A DNA stretch of 64,000 bases from Lactimicrobium sp. (GCF_036453445.1 NZ_JAZHUX010000001.1); one strand, 5' to 3'; shown: positions 16,798 to 27,349, counted from the first letter of the stretch. Notes: generated by a model from the letters alone, not told the origin. Numbers and translations: made by a program.

Positions 16798-17936
16798 AGA
16801 TCCTGATAATAGCTTTTCGCGGTGACAATACCATCCTGCATCATGATCTTTCCTCTGGCAATCACGCCATCCAGGGAGAGATCATTTTTTAACAGCACCA
16901 GGTCGGCATCACTGTCTTTGCCAATGTGCCCTTTGTGAGGATACAGATCCAATGCAGTTGACACCGTCTTTGTAATTGGCATCAGAGCTTCAGAAAGAGA
17001 CAAGTGCTCATCATTGACAAGATGGCGGACTGTATCAAACAAAGTTGCCATCTTTCCAATTCCCATTCCAATCAGCTTCTTGTCATCACTCCACACCGGG
17101 AAACTGCCATTGGAATCCGAAGACAATGTAATTCTGTCCCAGGATACCTTTTCCTTCGCAGCTGCCATCAGATGCGCTGTTCTGGCTGTCTCATTGCCGC
17201 TGGTAAAGTCAATATAGCCGCCCTTTGAGGCAAAGATCAAAGCATCCTCGTACGCATTCGCCACATGCGTCGGTCTGAACTGACGAATCGGAATATCCGT
17301 ATTCTCTACAATGTCCAATACATCCTTGTATCCCTTTTTGCCCCTGCCCGTATGCATGTGCACAATACCTGGCTTTTTTGCCAGCAGGCCGGCTGTTCTT
17401 ACCTGTGTGGCCAGACGTGCAAGCTCTTCCTTACTGACATTGGAAGAACGATGGTCACTGATGGCAATCTTGACGCCAATGATTTCATTGATAAACGCAA
17501 CATCTTTTGCCACAGATCCTGTCAGGGTCGTGCTGGGATAGGCATAGGAACCTGTCAAACACCAGGCACTCATGCCTTCTTCCCGCAGTGCCTTTGTCTT
17601 GGCGACAAGTTCCTGCACGCTTTTGGCATTGCTGTCAGTGCCCAGCAGGCCAACCACAGAGGTCACACCATACCGGATGCAGTCACGCATCTGCAGCGGT
17701 GGAATCAAAGAGGCAAAGCCATCCTCACCGCCGCCGCCAATGATATGGACATGCTGGTCAAGAAAGCCCGGCACAAGCAGCTTGCCAGTACCATCAATAA
17801 CCTTCATATCATCCTTATCCCAGTCAAAGTCAATCTGATGATCCACTTTGACAATACGGTCATTGCATACCAGTACATCATTGATGCCAAGATCTTCCGG
17901 TGCATACACATGCACATGCTTTATGATCAGAAACAT
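16788..17936 (-). CDS. iadA: Isoaspartyl dipeptidase (beta-aspartyl peptidase)
   Basis: PGFLDQHVHIIGGGGEDG, GVTSVVGLLGTD, GVKIAISDHRSS, HMHTG, RPTHV, TLSSDSNGSFP. Confidence 0.92.
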   Translation of the reverse strand: MFLIIKHVHVYAPEDLGINDVLVCNDRIVKVDHQIDFDWDKDDMKVIDGTGKLLVPGFLDQHVHIIGGGGEDGFASLIPPLQMRDCIRYGVTSVVGLLGTDSNAKSVQELVAKTKALREEGMSAWCLTGSYAYPSTTLTGSVAKDVAFINEIIGVKIAISDHRSSNVSKEELARLATQVRTAGLLAKKPGIVHMHTGRGKKGYKDVLDIVENTDIPIRQFRPTHVANAYEDALIFASKGGYIDFTSGNETARTAHLMAAAKEKVSWDRITLSSDSNGSFPVWSDDKKLIGMGIGKMATLFDTVRHLVNDEHLSLSEALMPITKTVSTALDLYPHKGHIGKDSDADLVLLKNDLSLDGVIARGKIMMQDGIVTAKSYYQDLQA

Positions 17937-17960
17937 ACTTCACCTCCAAAAAAAGTCCGT

Positions 17961-18458
17961 TCAGTGTAAGAACGAACCAATCACGCCATACGATACAAGC
18001 GACATAATCACAGCTGCCAGGAAGACACCAAGCAGGATGGAAATACTTGCCTTCTTCAGGTCCATATCAAAGACAGATGCCACCAGAGAACCTGTCCAGG
18101 CGCCTGTGCCAGGCAGCGGAATACCAACAAACAGCATCAGTCCCCAGAAACCATACTTATCAATCTTTGGCTTGTTTTTAGCAGCCTTGGCTTCCAGCCA
18201 TTCCACGAATTTACCCATGTGATGATCTGCCATGAAATGAAGAAGTTTTTTCAAAAGCAATAAGATAAACGGAATTGGCAGAATATTGCCGGCAACACAG
18301 AAAATCAAAGCTTTCCAGAGCGGAATGTTCAGCAGTCTGGCAACGATCAGACCCCCGCGCTCTTCAACAAGCGGAAACATTGAAACGATAAAGACTGACC
18401 ACTCAGCCGAAATATGCTGTCCAATCGTGGACATGAACCAGTTAATGAAGCTGTTCAT
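17961..18458 (-). CDS. Small multidrug export-family membrane protein
   Basis: SMFPLVEERGG; LMLFVGIPLPGTGAWTGSL motif. Confidence 0.85.
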   Translation of the reverse strand: MNSFINWFMSTIGQHISAEWSVFIVSMFPLVEERGGLIVARLLNIPLWKALIFCVAGNILPIPFILLLLKKLLHFMADHHMGKFVEWLEAKAAKNKPKIDKYGFWGLMLFVGIPLPGTGAWTGSLVASVFDMDLKKASISILLGVFLAAVIMSLVSYGVIGSFLH

Positions 18459-18551
18459 ACATCCTCCTGAATGCGACTACTCTACCACATCCGCCATACG
18501 TGCTCAACCAGAGCTGATATACACCCTGGTAAAATTTGCGGAAAAATATTG

Positions 18552-18579
18552 TTGACATAAAAAGTTAGAATTGGTATTA
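18552..18579 (+). promoter_or_regulatory. Promoter of tRNA-Ile/tRNA-Ala (TTGACA-16-TATTAT, extended -10)
   Basis: TTGACA at 18552-18557; TGgTATTAT at 18571-18579. Confidence 0.75.
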
Positions 18580-18602
18580 TAGACAAGCATTCGATGAGAT
18601 AT

Positions 18603-18676
<74 letters not shown>

Positions 18677-18687
18677 CTTCATCGTAT

Positions 18688-18760
18688 GGGGTTATAGCTC
18701 AGCTGGGAGAGCACCTGCTTTGCAAGCAGGGGGTCAGGAGTTCGATCCTCCTTAGCTCCA
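18688..18760 (+). tRNA. tRNA-Ala(TGC)
   Basis: GGGGTTA/TAGCTCC acceptor stem with G3:U70; anticodon loop TT-TGC-AA. Confidence 0.95.
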
Positions 18761-18766
18761 CTGATT

Positions 18767-18792
18767 ACGGATGAGAAATCATCCGTTTTTTT
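18767..18792 (+). terminator. Intrinsic terminator after tRNA-Ala
   Basis: ACGGATGA-GAAA-TCATCCGT followed by T-tract. Confidence 0.85.
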
Positions 18793-18803
18793 CTCTGTTT
18801 CTT

Positions 18804-18839
18804 AAAAGGATGGGCGCTGCTATTCAGCGCCCATCCTTT
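18804..18839 (-). terminator. Terminator for the convergent OB-fold gene
   Basis: Perfect 15-bp stem AAAGGATGGGCGCTG-CTATT-CAGCGCCCATCCTTT. Confidence 0.8.
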
Positions 18840-18855
18840 GTTCTTATCCTTTTGC

Positions 18856-19347
18856 TTATTTCTGAGGAATCAGGGAAGCATTCATGCCCTGAAAGCGCGG
18901 CCTGCGTGCCTTGCTCAATCTGAACAAGCCGCTTACGGTAATACTGAGCTCCGGCAGTCTGCCCGGATAGCGCTCCGTATCATTCTTACGCATATATGCT
19001 CTGCCCTGCACAAGCACACGGTCACCAGCCTCAAACTCATATGCCTCATCAGCACGCCAGTCCTTGGCCGTAAAACTGATCACATCCACAGAGCCCTCGT
19101 CATCATGAACATGATAGTAATCACGGCTCTGTGTCTCTTTCAGCAGTGTCATGATCTTGCGGTCCTGGTTATGCAGTGTAATCCTGCCAAATGCCATCTT
19201 CTCATCCTTTTCCGGCCCCAGGTCTGAACGCAGATGCACAGCACCATCTTCCTCAATCGTTCCAATCGCCGTCACATAGTAGCAGATCACATTGTGATCA
19301 TGATCCCGAATCGTTTCAAATGCAAAATAATCTCTAGGTCCCATCAT
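18856..19347 (-). CDS. Hypothetical protein with a C-terminal SSB-like OB-fold
   Basis: VISFTAKDWRADEAYEFEAGDRVLVQGRAYMRK...LSITVS mirrors the SSB beta3-helix-beta4-beta5 pattern. Start placed at MMGPRD because the longer ORF overlaps the divergent peptidase. Confidence 0.6.
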   Translation of the reverse strand: MMGPRDYFAFETIRDHDHNVICYYVTAIGTIEEDGAVHLRSDLGPEKDEKMAFGRITLHNQDRKIMTLLKETQSRDYYHVHDDEGSVDVISFTAKDWRADEAYEFEAGDRVLVQGRAYMRKNDTERYPGRLPELSITVSGLFRLSKARRPRFQGMNASLIPQK

Positions 19348-19450
19348 TGTCAAATTTCTTCCCAAACTTGGATGTATTCTGTAAACATAGGCTTTATACC
19401 ACATTTTTCTGTGACGTGCTACCATGAATTTGGAAAAGCGGAGGTTTCCC

Positions 19451-20419
19451 ATGTCAACAATTCTGAAATCTATTCCTGTTACTGCCATTGACGGCTTCAC
19501 CATCGGGCAGTGTGAAAATACCAATACGACAACGGGTGTTACCGTCATTCTCACTGGTGAAAAAGGTGCTGTCTGCGGTGTTGATGTCCGCGGCGGCGGT
19601 CCTGCCAGCCGGGAAAATGCCCTGCTCAATCCTCTTGCCGCAAACGATGCCGTTCATGCCGTTGTTCTCTCCGGCGGATCTGCCTTCGGTTTGGAAAGCA
19701 GCTGCGGTGTTATGCGCTGGCTGAAGGAAAGAAGCATCGGCTTTCAAACTGCATACGGGCCAGTCCCGATTGTTGTCAGTTCCTGCATCTTTGATCTTGG
19801 CATTGGTGATGCCAATGCCTGGCCGGATGCACAGATGGGCTATCAGGCCTGTCAGAGTGCCCCGAACTTCCTTGAAGGCAATCATGGTGCCGGCATGGGT
19901 GCAACGGTAGGCAAAGCCAATGGCATGGAACATGCTATGAAAGCAGGTATTGGCGCAGCAGCATTTCAGCTGAATGATCTGCAGGTAGGCGCCATTGCCG
20001 TCGTCAACGCCTTTGGCGATATCTATGATCCTGATACCGGCAGAAAGCTGGCAGGACTGCGGGATGATGATGGCACAATGACACCAAGCTGTGAAGAGGC
20101 ACTGTACCAGATGGCACCGCAGCTGGCCCATACCAACACAACCATCGCTGCGATATTAACCAATGGCATCTTCAACAAGACAGAGCTCACCAAAATTGCC
20201 GGGATGGGCCATGACGGCTATGCCCGTGCCATCAATCCCGTGCATACCATGTTTGACGGTGACTCTCTGTATGCCCTGAGCCACCCTGCTGTTAAAGCAG
20301 ACATCAATGTGGCAGGCACACTGGCCGCAAGAGCAGTCGCAAAAGCCATTGATGCCGCTGTTCTGCATACTCAGGCAGCTTTTGGACTGCCCTGTGCCAA
20401 AGACATGCTTGCAAAGTAA
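19451..20419 (+). CDS. P1/S58 family (DmpA-like) peptidase
   Basis: TGVTVIL, VDVRGGGPASRE, LSGGSAFGL, GNHGAGMGAT, NTTI, HTMFDGD; SD GGAGG. Confidence 0.9.
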   Translation: MSTILKSIPVTAIDGFTIGQCENTNTTTGVTVILTGEKGAVCGVDVRGGGPASRENALLNPLAANDAVHAVVLSGGSAFGLESSCGVMRWLKERSIGFQTAYGPVPIVVSSCIFDLGIGDANAWPDAQMGYQACQSAPNFLEGNHGAGMGATVGKANGMEHAMKAGIGAAAFQLNDLQVGAIAVVNAFGDIYDPDTGRKLAGLRDDDGTMTPSCEEALYQMAPQLAHTNTTIAAILTNGIFNKTELTKIAGMGHDGYARAINPVHTMFDGDSLYALSHPAVKADINVAGTLAARAVAKAIDAAVLHTQAAFGLPCAKDMLAK

Positions 20420-20476
20420 AAAAACAGGTTTTGAAGAAAGTCTGGCGTAAATCCAGTCTTCTTCATGACCTGTTTT
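20420..20476. terminator. Long bidirectional terminator hairpin
   Basis: AAAACAGG...GAAGAA.G.CTGG / CCAG.CTTCTTC...CCTGTTTT between convergent genes. Confidence 0.7.
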
Positions 20477-21842
20477 ATTTTACGGCATCCATAAGCTTTT
20501 CTCTCTGGCGGACAGAGCGTTTCAGCCAGCCTCCCTGGAAGTAATACAGGAAGAACATGGCCGAAGTCGCGATCCAGCTGATTGGATAGCATACAAGCGT
20601 ATCAAACAGACGGGTGGCAGGGAAAAACAGGATCCACAGGATTCTGAATGCTCCAACACCAATTGCAGTCATGACCATAGGAACAACAGAATCACCGCAT
20701 GCACGCATAGACGAGGAAAGAATCTCGACGCCACAGAATGTCACCCAGAACGGGCACATGTACCACAGCATCTGCATACCAATATTGATGACACCCTCAT
20801 CTGGTGTAAACAGACGGTAAATCCAGCGGCCCAGCAGCAGGCATCCTAAAGAAATTGCACTGGCCCCGATGACATACATGAGCAATCCTTTATGAATGCC
20901 CTTCTTCACACGGGTAATATTGCCCGCCCCGAAGTTCTGGCCGCAGAATGTCAGCACTGCCTGTCCAAGTGCTGCCGAGGAATTCCAGAACAGGGCATCA
21001 ATCTTGCCAAAAGCAGTAAATGCAGCGACGGTATCTGTACCATAGCTGTTGACACTGGACTGAATAAACAGGTTGGCGATGGAATACAGGCAGGACTGAA
21101 TGCCCACCGGGAAACCGATGATAACAACGCTCTTGAGCACATTCCAGTCAACGGACAGATCGCGTATCTTAAATGCATAAATATCATCGGTTCTGGCCAG
21201 CACCCACAGTGTCAAAGCACAGGAAACAACTTCTGAAAGTACCGTTGCGATGGCAGCCCCAGCTACTGACCAGTGGAAGCCTACGACAAACAGAATATCC
21301 AGTACGATATTGGTAATACAGGATGCCGCCAGAAAATATAATGGGCGTTTGGAATCACCGACAGCACGCAGAATGCCGGCACCGTTGTTATAAATCAAAG
21401 ACGGCACCATCCCGGTCAGATACAGGCGCATATAGGTCAGTGAGTAGCTGTAAATAGAATCCGGCACTTTCAGCAGATGCAGAATGGAAGGTGCTAGCAG
21501 AATACCGCCAACCGTAAAAATAATGCCAAGGATCAAGGACAGATACATAGAGCTGTCAACGGCCTTATGCACGCCTTCCTGCTGGCGGCTGCCATAGTAC
21601 TGGGCAATGACGACGGTCGCACCTGAGCTTAATCCTACGACAAAGCCGACCAGCAGATTGATCACCGTACCAGTGGATCCGCCTACAGCGCCAAGGGCTT
21701 CCTTGCCGACAAAATTGCCAACAACAATGGCATCCACCGTGTTATAAAGCTGCTGAAACAAGGAGCCAAACATGATCGGAAAGAAAAAGAACAGGATCTG
21801 CTTCCCGATACTTCCCTCCAGCATATCATTCTTAGCATGCAT
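20475..21842 (-). CDS. MATE family efflux transporter
   Basis: QQLYNTVDAIVVGNFVG, LRAVGDSKRP, NIVLDILF, GAAIATVLS. Confidence 0.92.
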   Translation of the reverse strand: MHAKNDMLEGSIGKQILFFFFPIMFGSLFQQLYNTVDAIVVGNFVGKEALGAVGGSTGTVINLLVGFVVGLSSGATVVIAQYYGSRQQEGVHKAVDSSMYLSLILGIIFTVGGILLAPSILHLLKVPDSIYSYSLTYMRLYLTGMVPSLIYNNGAGILRAVGDSKRPLYFLAASCITNIVLDILFVVGFHWSVAGAAIATVLSEVVSCALTLWVLARTDDIYAFKIRDLSVDWNVLKSVVIIGFPVGIQSCLYSIANLFIQSSVNSYGTDTVAAFTAFGKIDALFWNSSAALGQAVLTFCGQNFGAGNITRVKKGIHKGLLMYVIGASAISLGCLLLGRWIYRLFTPDEGVINIGMQMLWYMCPFWVTFCGVEILSSSMRACGDSVVPMVMTAIGVGAFRILWILFFPATRLFDTLVCYPISWIATSAMFFLYYFQGGWLKRSVRQREKLMDAVK

Positions 21843-21983
21843 GCTTATACCCTCCCTTCATTTTGATTTCATCATGAAAACAATGGCATCATGATACCAC
21901 GATCCCGGTATCAGTAAAGCCGCTCAGCCTGAAAACAGCCTGTTTACAAGATGATATACCATTCAGACAAATATCGATGCATT

Positions 21984-24416
21984 TTATTCCACAGCCTTCA
22001 GTGATTCGGCCATGTTAATACGCCGGATAGATCTGCGCATCAGCAGATTTACAATCAATGTAAAGAGCAGTGTGATGACAAAGGAAAGTACATAGGACAG
22101 TGCTGTCACATGAACATCAAAGCACATGGTATTCACGACAATACGGGCCATGACTGCTCTTTCAAACAGGGTTCCTGCCGGCATGCCAAGCAGCCCTGCC
22201 AGAACAGAAAGAATGATGTTTTCACGCAGAACGTAGCTGTATGTCTCGCGCGGATAGAAGCCAAGCACTTCCACCGTGGCAATTTCACGGCTGCGCTCAG
22301 CAATATTGATACTTGTGAGATTGTAGATCACAACAAATGCCAGTGCACCAGAGATGATGACAATCATGGCAATGATGTAGTGCAGACAGGAAAGCGCGCG
22401 GTCTACGCTGCTGCGGGTCTCTGTAAGCCGCACCAGTCCTGTTACACCGGAAAGATCTGTCAGACGTGTGGCAAAATCATCTGAGACATCACTGCATTTC
22501 AACAGGTATGTATCCGCCTGCCATGAGGCATCGGTAAAGGAGGCATGATTATTCATGATGACGAAATTGCTGATATAGCAGTCAAAGATGCCGCTGACCT
22601 TCACGCGCATCTGGTTGTGGTCACTGTCTTCCATCACCATCTCATCACCCACTGACAGTTTCAGCTTGCGGGCAATACCTGTGCTGATGACTGCTTCACC
22701 ATCCTTTGGAAAGGCAATCTGTTCACTGCCATAATGCAGATGCCAGTAATCTGAAAACGCATCGGTATCCGCAAACTGATACAGCGTTACACCATTGAGC
22801 TGCGTGTCCTGACCAACTGTCACACCAGTGGAACTGCCTTCCAGCATGCCGTCAATCTCCGTGCTCTTTTCAAGCTCACTTTCCACCTGGTCATGCACAT
22901 CCGTTTTGAATGAAAGGGCCATATCATACGTCTGGACCTGGTCAAACTGCAAATCAGCGATATCCACCATGGAATCCTTGACGCCAAATCCTGTCACAAG
23001 CAGGCCGGTACAGCAGGCAATGCCGATCACAAACATCACCAGACGCTGGGGATAGCGGAAGGCATTGCGCAGACTGGTCTTCTGCAGAAAGGACAGATGT
23101 TTCCAGATGGAAAAACGTTCCAGGAAGATTCTTTTGCCATGGCGGGCAGGCAGCGGCCGCATCAGAGCAGCCGGCACACTGTCCAGTTCATGATGGCAGC
23201 TGTACCATGTACACAAAATCATGCCCAGCATCGTTACTGTCAGTGTCAACAAAGCAAGCTTCCATGAAAACAGATACGGCATGGATGCAAAGTGATAGCT
23301 GACCTGATAGGCTTTCCAGAAAATCTGCGGTAAAGCCCATGTACCGCCAAAGAAGCCAATGATCCATCCAAGCAGGGCAGCACTGCCGGCATACAGCAGA
23401 TATTTGGCCGTAATTGCGCCCTCAGAAAAGCCAAGAGCCTTCAATGTGCCGATCATGCCGCGTTCTTCTTCAACCATGCGTGTCATGGTAGTGATACATA
23501 CAAGCATGGCAATCAAGACAAAGAACAGCGGGAACAGACTGGCAAGACCGCCGACAATTGACGTGTCATTTTCAAAGCTCACATAGCCGGCATTGTCTTT
23601 CCGGGTCAGTACATATGTCTTTGGCGCCGTAATACCAGCAGCTTCGCCTGTCCATTCCGTCAGAAAATGGTCATTTAGCAATGTATGATAGCGCTCCTCT
23701 GATATTTCACTGGTTTTCTGTTCCACATCATCCTGATATGTATCAAGCAGGCTGTCATAGGCCTTGCTGTAAATCTCTGCCTGGTTGGATAAAGTCAGAT
23801 CCACCTCCGTATAGTCATCTGATACAAACACGGCATCCTGCACATAGAGAAACGCCTTGATGGTACCGCTGCCAATGGAAGCAGTGCCGCGGTCATTGCC
23901 AATATACAGCGGCGATGTGCACAGCCCGGTAATCGTATACGTTTCTCTTTTCAAATCACTGCTGTCCACGGTGATGGTTTTACCAATATCATCTTTGGTA
24001 AAGAAATTATCATCCCCAAGACATTCAGAAGTATTCCCCGGCAGCTTCCCTGCGGTCAGCTTTGGCACATTGATCTTTGCAGGCATGGCAATGACGGTAT
24101 AGACATCACTGCTGCCATCAAACGTTCCCATGGCATTCAGGCTCTTCTGTCCCTCTGCCTCTTTGATCCCATCAATGCCGGCCAGCTTCTCTACTTCATC
24201 ATCCCCAAAGCCAAGCGTAGAATACAAGCGGAAATCATACAGATTCTGCAAAGACAGATAGTTCTGACCAACTGAAGTCATGGCATCTGTTGTAATACGC
24301 AGGCCTGAGAAAAAGCCAACCCCAAGCATCACAATCAGCACAAGAGCAAGCCAGCGTCCCTTGAAGCTGGCAATCGAGCGTCTGGTTAACTTTCCAATCC
24401 CTTTCATCTTCTTCAC
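21984..24416 (-). CDS. ABC transporter permease (FtsX-like, duplicated)
   Basis: LFPLFFVLIAMLVCITTMTRMVEEERGMIGTLKALG; NIAERSREIATVEVLG. Confidence 0.9.
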   Translation of the reverse strand: MKKMKGIGKLTRRSIASFKGRWLALVLIVMLGVGFFSGLRITTDAMTSVGQNYLSLQNLYDFRLYSTLGFGDDEVEKLAGIDGIKEAEGQKSLNAMGTFDGSSDVYTVIAMPAKINVPKLTAGKLPGNTSECLGDDNFFTKDDIGKTITVDSSDLKRETYTITGLCTSPLYIGNDRGTASIGSGTIKAFLYVQDAVFVSDDYTEVDLTLSNQAEIYSKAYDSLLDTYQDDVEQKTSEISEERYHTLLNDHFLTEWTGEAAGITAPKTYVLTRKDNAGYVSFENDTSIVGGLASLFPLFFVLIAMLVCITTMTRMVEEERGMIGTLKALGFSEGAITAKYLLYAGSAALLGWIIGFFGGTWALPQIFWKAYQVSYHFASMPYLFSWKLALLTLTVTMLGMILCTWYSCHHELDSVPAALMRPLPARHGKRIFLERFSIWKHLSFLQKTSLRNAFRYPQRLVMFVIGIACCTGLLVTGFGVKDSMVDIADLQFDQVQTYDMALSFKTDVHDQVESELEKSTEIDGMLEGSSTGVTVGQDTQLNGVTLYQFADTDAFSDYWHLHYGSEQIAFPKDGEAVISTGIARKLKLSVGDEMVMEDSDHNQMRVKVSGIFDCYISNFVIMNNHASFTDASWQADTYLLKCSDVSDDFATRLTDLSGVTGLVRLTETRSSVDRALSCLHYIIAMIVIISGALAFVVIYNLTSINIAERSREIATVEVLGFYPRETYSYVLRENIILSVLAGLLGMPAGTLFERAVMARIVVNTMCFDVHVTALSYVLSFVITLLFTLIVNLLMRRSIRRINMAESLKAVE

Positions 24417-25126
24417 CAGACTATCTCATCCACACTTTGAATATGGCCATTCTTACAATCATCCAGAATCTTTCCACTCTGGATATGGATGATACGGTCA
24501 GCCATCGGGGCAATTGCCTGATTATGGGTAATGATAACAACCGTTGTATGCCGCTGCCGGCTCAGTTCATACAGCATCTTTAATACGGCCTTGCCAGTCA
24601 CAAAGTCCAGGGCACCGGTTGGCTCATCACATAGCAGCAAAGATGGATTTTTTGCCAAGGCGCGGGCAATGGCCGTACGCTGCTGCTCACCGCCGGAAAG
24701 CTGGGAAGGAAAATTATTCATTCTGTCCTGCAGTCCCACCATTTCAAGAGCCTTCTCAGCCGGAATCGGAGCATCACAAAGCTGGGCAGCAATTTCTACG
24801 TTCTCCAGGGCGGTCAGATTGGGAATCAGGTTGTAAAACTGGAAAACAAAGCCAACATCATGGCGCCGGTATGCCGTCATTTCCTTCTTATTGAAAGCAC
24901 TGATTTCCCTGTCTTTCAGATAAATATGTCCGGATGTCAGAGTATCCATGCCGCCAAGCATATTGAGCAGCGTTGTTTTGCCAGCACCAGATGAGCCCAG
25001 GATCACGCAGAATTCTCCCTGATCAATTGTAAAACTCACTCCATCCAGTGCATGCACGGCGGCACTGCCGCTGCCATAGATTTTTACTGCATTCTCAAAA
25101 CGGATATACCCTGATGCATCGCTCAT
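24413..25126 (-). CDS. ABC transporter ATP-binding protein (LolD/MacB type)
   Basis: [25 protein letters not shown]; ATGA overlap with the permease. Confidence 0.92.
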   Translation of the reverse strand: MSDASGYIRFENAVKIYGSGSAAVHALDGVSFTIDQGEFCVILGSSGAGKTTLLNMLGGMDTLTSGHIYLKDREISAFNKKEMTAYRRHDVGFVFQFYNLIPNLTALENVEIAAQLCDAPIPAEKALEMVGLQDRMNNFPSQLSGGEQQRTAIARALAKNPSLLLCDEPTGALDFVTGKAVLKMLYELSRQRHTTVVIITHNQAIAPMADRIIHIQSGKILDDCKNGHIQSVDEIVW

Positions 25127-25186
25127 TTGTGTAACCTCTGCTAAAGGTATTTTAACTGAAAACCAATAAAACAAAACAGCCAGTTA

Positions 25187-25639
25187 TCAACCAGCTGTCC
25201 GATGAGAATGAGAAATATGGGAACTCATGTATATGATGGTCCAGACAACACTCATACCAAGCGCTATGGCAATGGCAAATTCCATCATCAGGAAAAACTG
25301 TGTCTGACAGTCTGCCATGCGATTCTGCACGGCTGCCAGCATGCCATAGTACAGATAGGAGCCCGGAATCAGTGGAATCGCGGATGGAATCACAAACAGG
25401 GTTGCCGGAGCATGCAGCAGTCTTGCCAGAAGCTCTGCATACGCTGCTGCAAAGGCAGATGCCAGCAGACATGGCGAAAAGATGGTGCCGGTGAGATGGT
25501 GCAGAAGCAGGTAAATACTCCAGGTAAACAGGCCGCCAAGGCTTGCTGGCAGCAGTAACCGCCCACGCACCCGGAACATGATGGAAAAGCCAAGGGAACC
25601 AAAGAAGGCCGTGGCAAGCTGAATGATAATTGTCTGCAT
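25187..25639 (-). CDS. Threonine/serine exporter small subunit (ThrE_2/YjjB-like)
   Basis: FGSLGFSIMF; FVIPSAIPLIPGSYLY. Confidence 0.85.
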   Translation of the reverse strand: MQTIIIQLATAFFGSLGFSIMFRVRGRLLLPASLGGLFTWSIYLLLHHLTGTIFSPCLLASAFAAAYAELLARLLHAPATLFVIPSAIPLIPGSYLYYGMLAAVQNRMADCQTQFFLMMEFAIAIALGMSVVWTIIYMSSHISHSHRTAG

Positions 25640-25640
25640 C

Positions 25641-26408
25641 TTACAGCCTCCCGGCAGCCATGATCGCTGTCATAAAGCCAGCCGCAATGACGGCTGCTCT
25701 TACCATGCTTTCCGTTAAGCGGAGTGTACCGCTGATCGTATCGCCAACCAGAATATCACGGATGGAATTTGTCATCGGAATACCCGGGATCAATAACATG
25801 ATGTCCCCGATCATAATCATATCCGCATGCAGAGACGGCGCCAGCCTGGCAGTCAGACAGACACAGAATCCGGTAAGGAAACTTGTCAGCAGGTTGAACG
25901 ACACGGCATTGGGGCAGATGGGATCCAGAAACTGCACCAGAAAGGCTACAAGCAGTCCCATCAGGCCGGAGGCAATGCCATCCGCAAATGTACCGCCAAA
26001 GAAGATGGCAAAGGCCATTGCACCAAGCATACTGCCAAAGTACATCCAGAAGACGTTTTCTTTCTGATTGCGGATTGCTTCAATTTTCTGATGCAGCTGT
26101 GCACACGAACATGGTTTTCTGCAGAAGGCACGGCTCAGCTGATTCAATTGCTCCAGCCGGCGGAAATGATTGGAGGCACTTGTCAGTACACGTTTTGTCT
26201 GCGTATAGACATGTCCATCTGAATCTTCCATCGTTACAACAATACTGCTGGTGATGACAAAGACGTTCATCCTGGCAGCACCAGATGCCATTCCCATGCG
26301 GGCAATCGTATCCTCTACCCGTTTTACTTCACCACCGCTGTCCAGCATCAGCTCACCAATATCCAGCAATGCCTGCAGCAGGTTATTGCGCTCTGTCTCT
26401 TCCATCAC
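25641..26408 (-). CDS. Threonine/serine exporter ThrE/YjjP-like subunit
   Basis: LLDIGELMLDSGGEVKRVEDT; IMLLIPGIPMTNSIRD. Confidence 0.88.
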   Translation of the reverse strand: MMEETERNNLLQALLDIGELMLDSGGEVKRVEDTIARMGMASGAARMNVFVITSSIVVTMEDSDGHVYTQTKRVLTSASNHFRRLEQLNQLSRAFCRKPCSCAQLHQKIEAIRNQKENVFWMYFGSMLGAMAFAIFFGGTFADGIASGLMGLLVAFLVQFLDPICPNAVSFNLLTSFLTGFCVCLTARLAPSLHADMIMIGDIMLLIPGIPMTNSIRDILVGDTISGTLRLTESMVRAAVIAAGFMTAIMAAGRL

Positions 26409-26477
26409 TCACACAATCTTTCGCAAGCCATTGTATCAGAACACAAAGGCAAGAGAAATGAAAAGCAGCTGTCATTT

Positions 26478-27281
26478 TCAATGCAGATCATCATACGTAA
26501 TCAGCTCCACATGATTGGTCTCAATCCAGTCTTTCAGCTGCAAAGACATCATCATGGCAGCGTCTTTACACCGGGCCAGAGACAATGTCGTCAAGCCAAG
26601 CAGTTCATCATCAATGTAGCCAGGATGACAGGCAATTGTGATGTATTCAGCAGAAAGAAATTCCTCTGCATATTTCAGATTGTCCTGCAGCGGTGTTCGG
26701 GCAAGCTGTTCCTCAGGATCAAAAATCTTTCCTTTCAAAGAAACTGACCTGCTTTGAAATGTCTCCTTTGATACAAAGCCATACTGTTTCTGCATATCCA
26801 GAGAAAATGGAACGCCTGTTTCTTTGGACAGATCACGAATGACCTGCATATAGTTTTCATGCATCAGAGAATGGGCATGCAGATAGCCTGGCTTTCTGCC
26901 AGTCAAAGCCAGAAAGCGCTCATACTGCGCCTTCATTTCCCGATAACATTCTTCATATGGAAACATCTCTTTTCCGCCTTGTTCACTCTGATAACGTTGA
27001 TCCTTTACCCGCACACCAGAGCGGATAAAAGCGCCATTTTCATCCACCAGATGCGGGATCAAAGACGGATCCAGGACCGGTCTGCCAGAGACAATATTGA
27101 AGTCAATGCCAAAGCATACCTGCGGACGGTCTGCCATGAAGCTCACGGCAAATTCAGTTGAGGGCATATTGGTAAACAGGCCTGTATTGCGCAATACACC
27201 ATGATCAATCGAATCTACAATTCCTAATGTCACACCTCTTGTAAAGCCAAAATCATCTCCCTGTGTCAGCAGTTTCGTCAT
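26478..27281 (-). CDS. ChbG/YdjC family carbohydrate deacetylase
   Basis: LTQGDDFG, GYLHAH, IACHPGY, LSLARCKD. Start chosen at MTKLL with SD GGAAGG. Confidence 0.88.
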   Translation of the reverse strand: MTKLLTQGDDFGFTRGVTLGIVDSIDHGVLRNTGLFTNMPSTEFAVSFMADRPQVCFGIDFNIVSGRPVLDPSLIPHLVDENGAFIRSGVRVKDQRYQSEQGGKEMFPYEECYREMKAQYERFLALTGRKPGYLHAHSLMHENYMQVIRDLSKETGVPFSLDMQKQYGFVSKETFQSRSVSLKGKIFDPEEQLARTPLQDNLKYAEEFLSAEYITIACHPGYIDDELLGLTTLSLARCKDAAMMMSLQLKDWIETNHVELITYDDLH

Positions 27282-27349
27282 ATCACGCATCACCTTCCTG
27301 CAATTGCTCTTTGTGTGATACAGATCATAACAGACAAAGCCGCAGACAC

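Noticed and set aside
19348-19629. N-terminal 94 aa of the 257-aa minus-strand ORF
   Set aside because: Overlaps the divergent peptidase gene and its promoter region; the start was moved to 19347.
27314-27329. CRP-like TGTGA-N6-TCATA at the deacetylase promoter
   Set aside because: One arm is the -10 box, and the local Crp/Fnr helix (RPETVSR) lacks the CRP-type Arg. Too weak to report.
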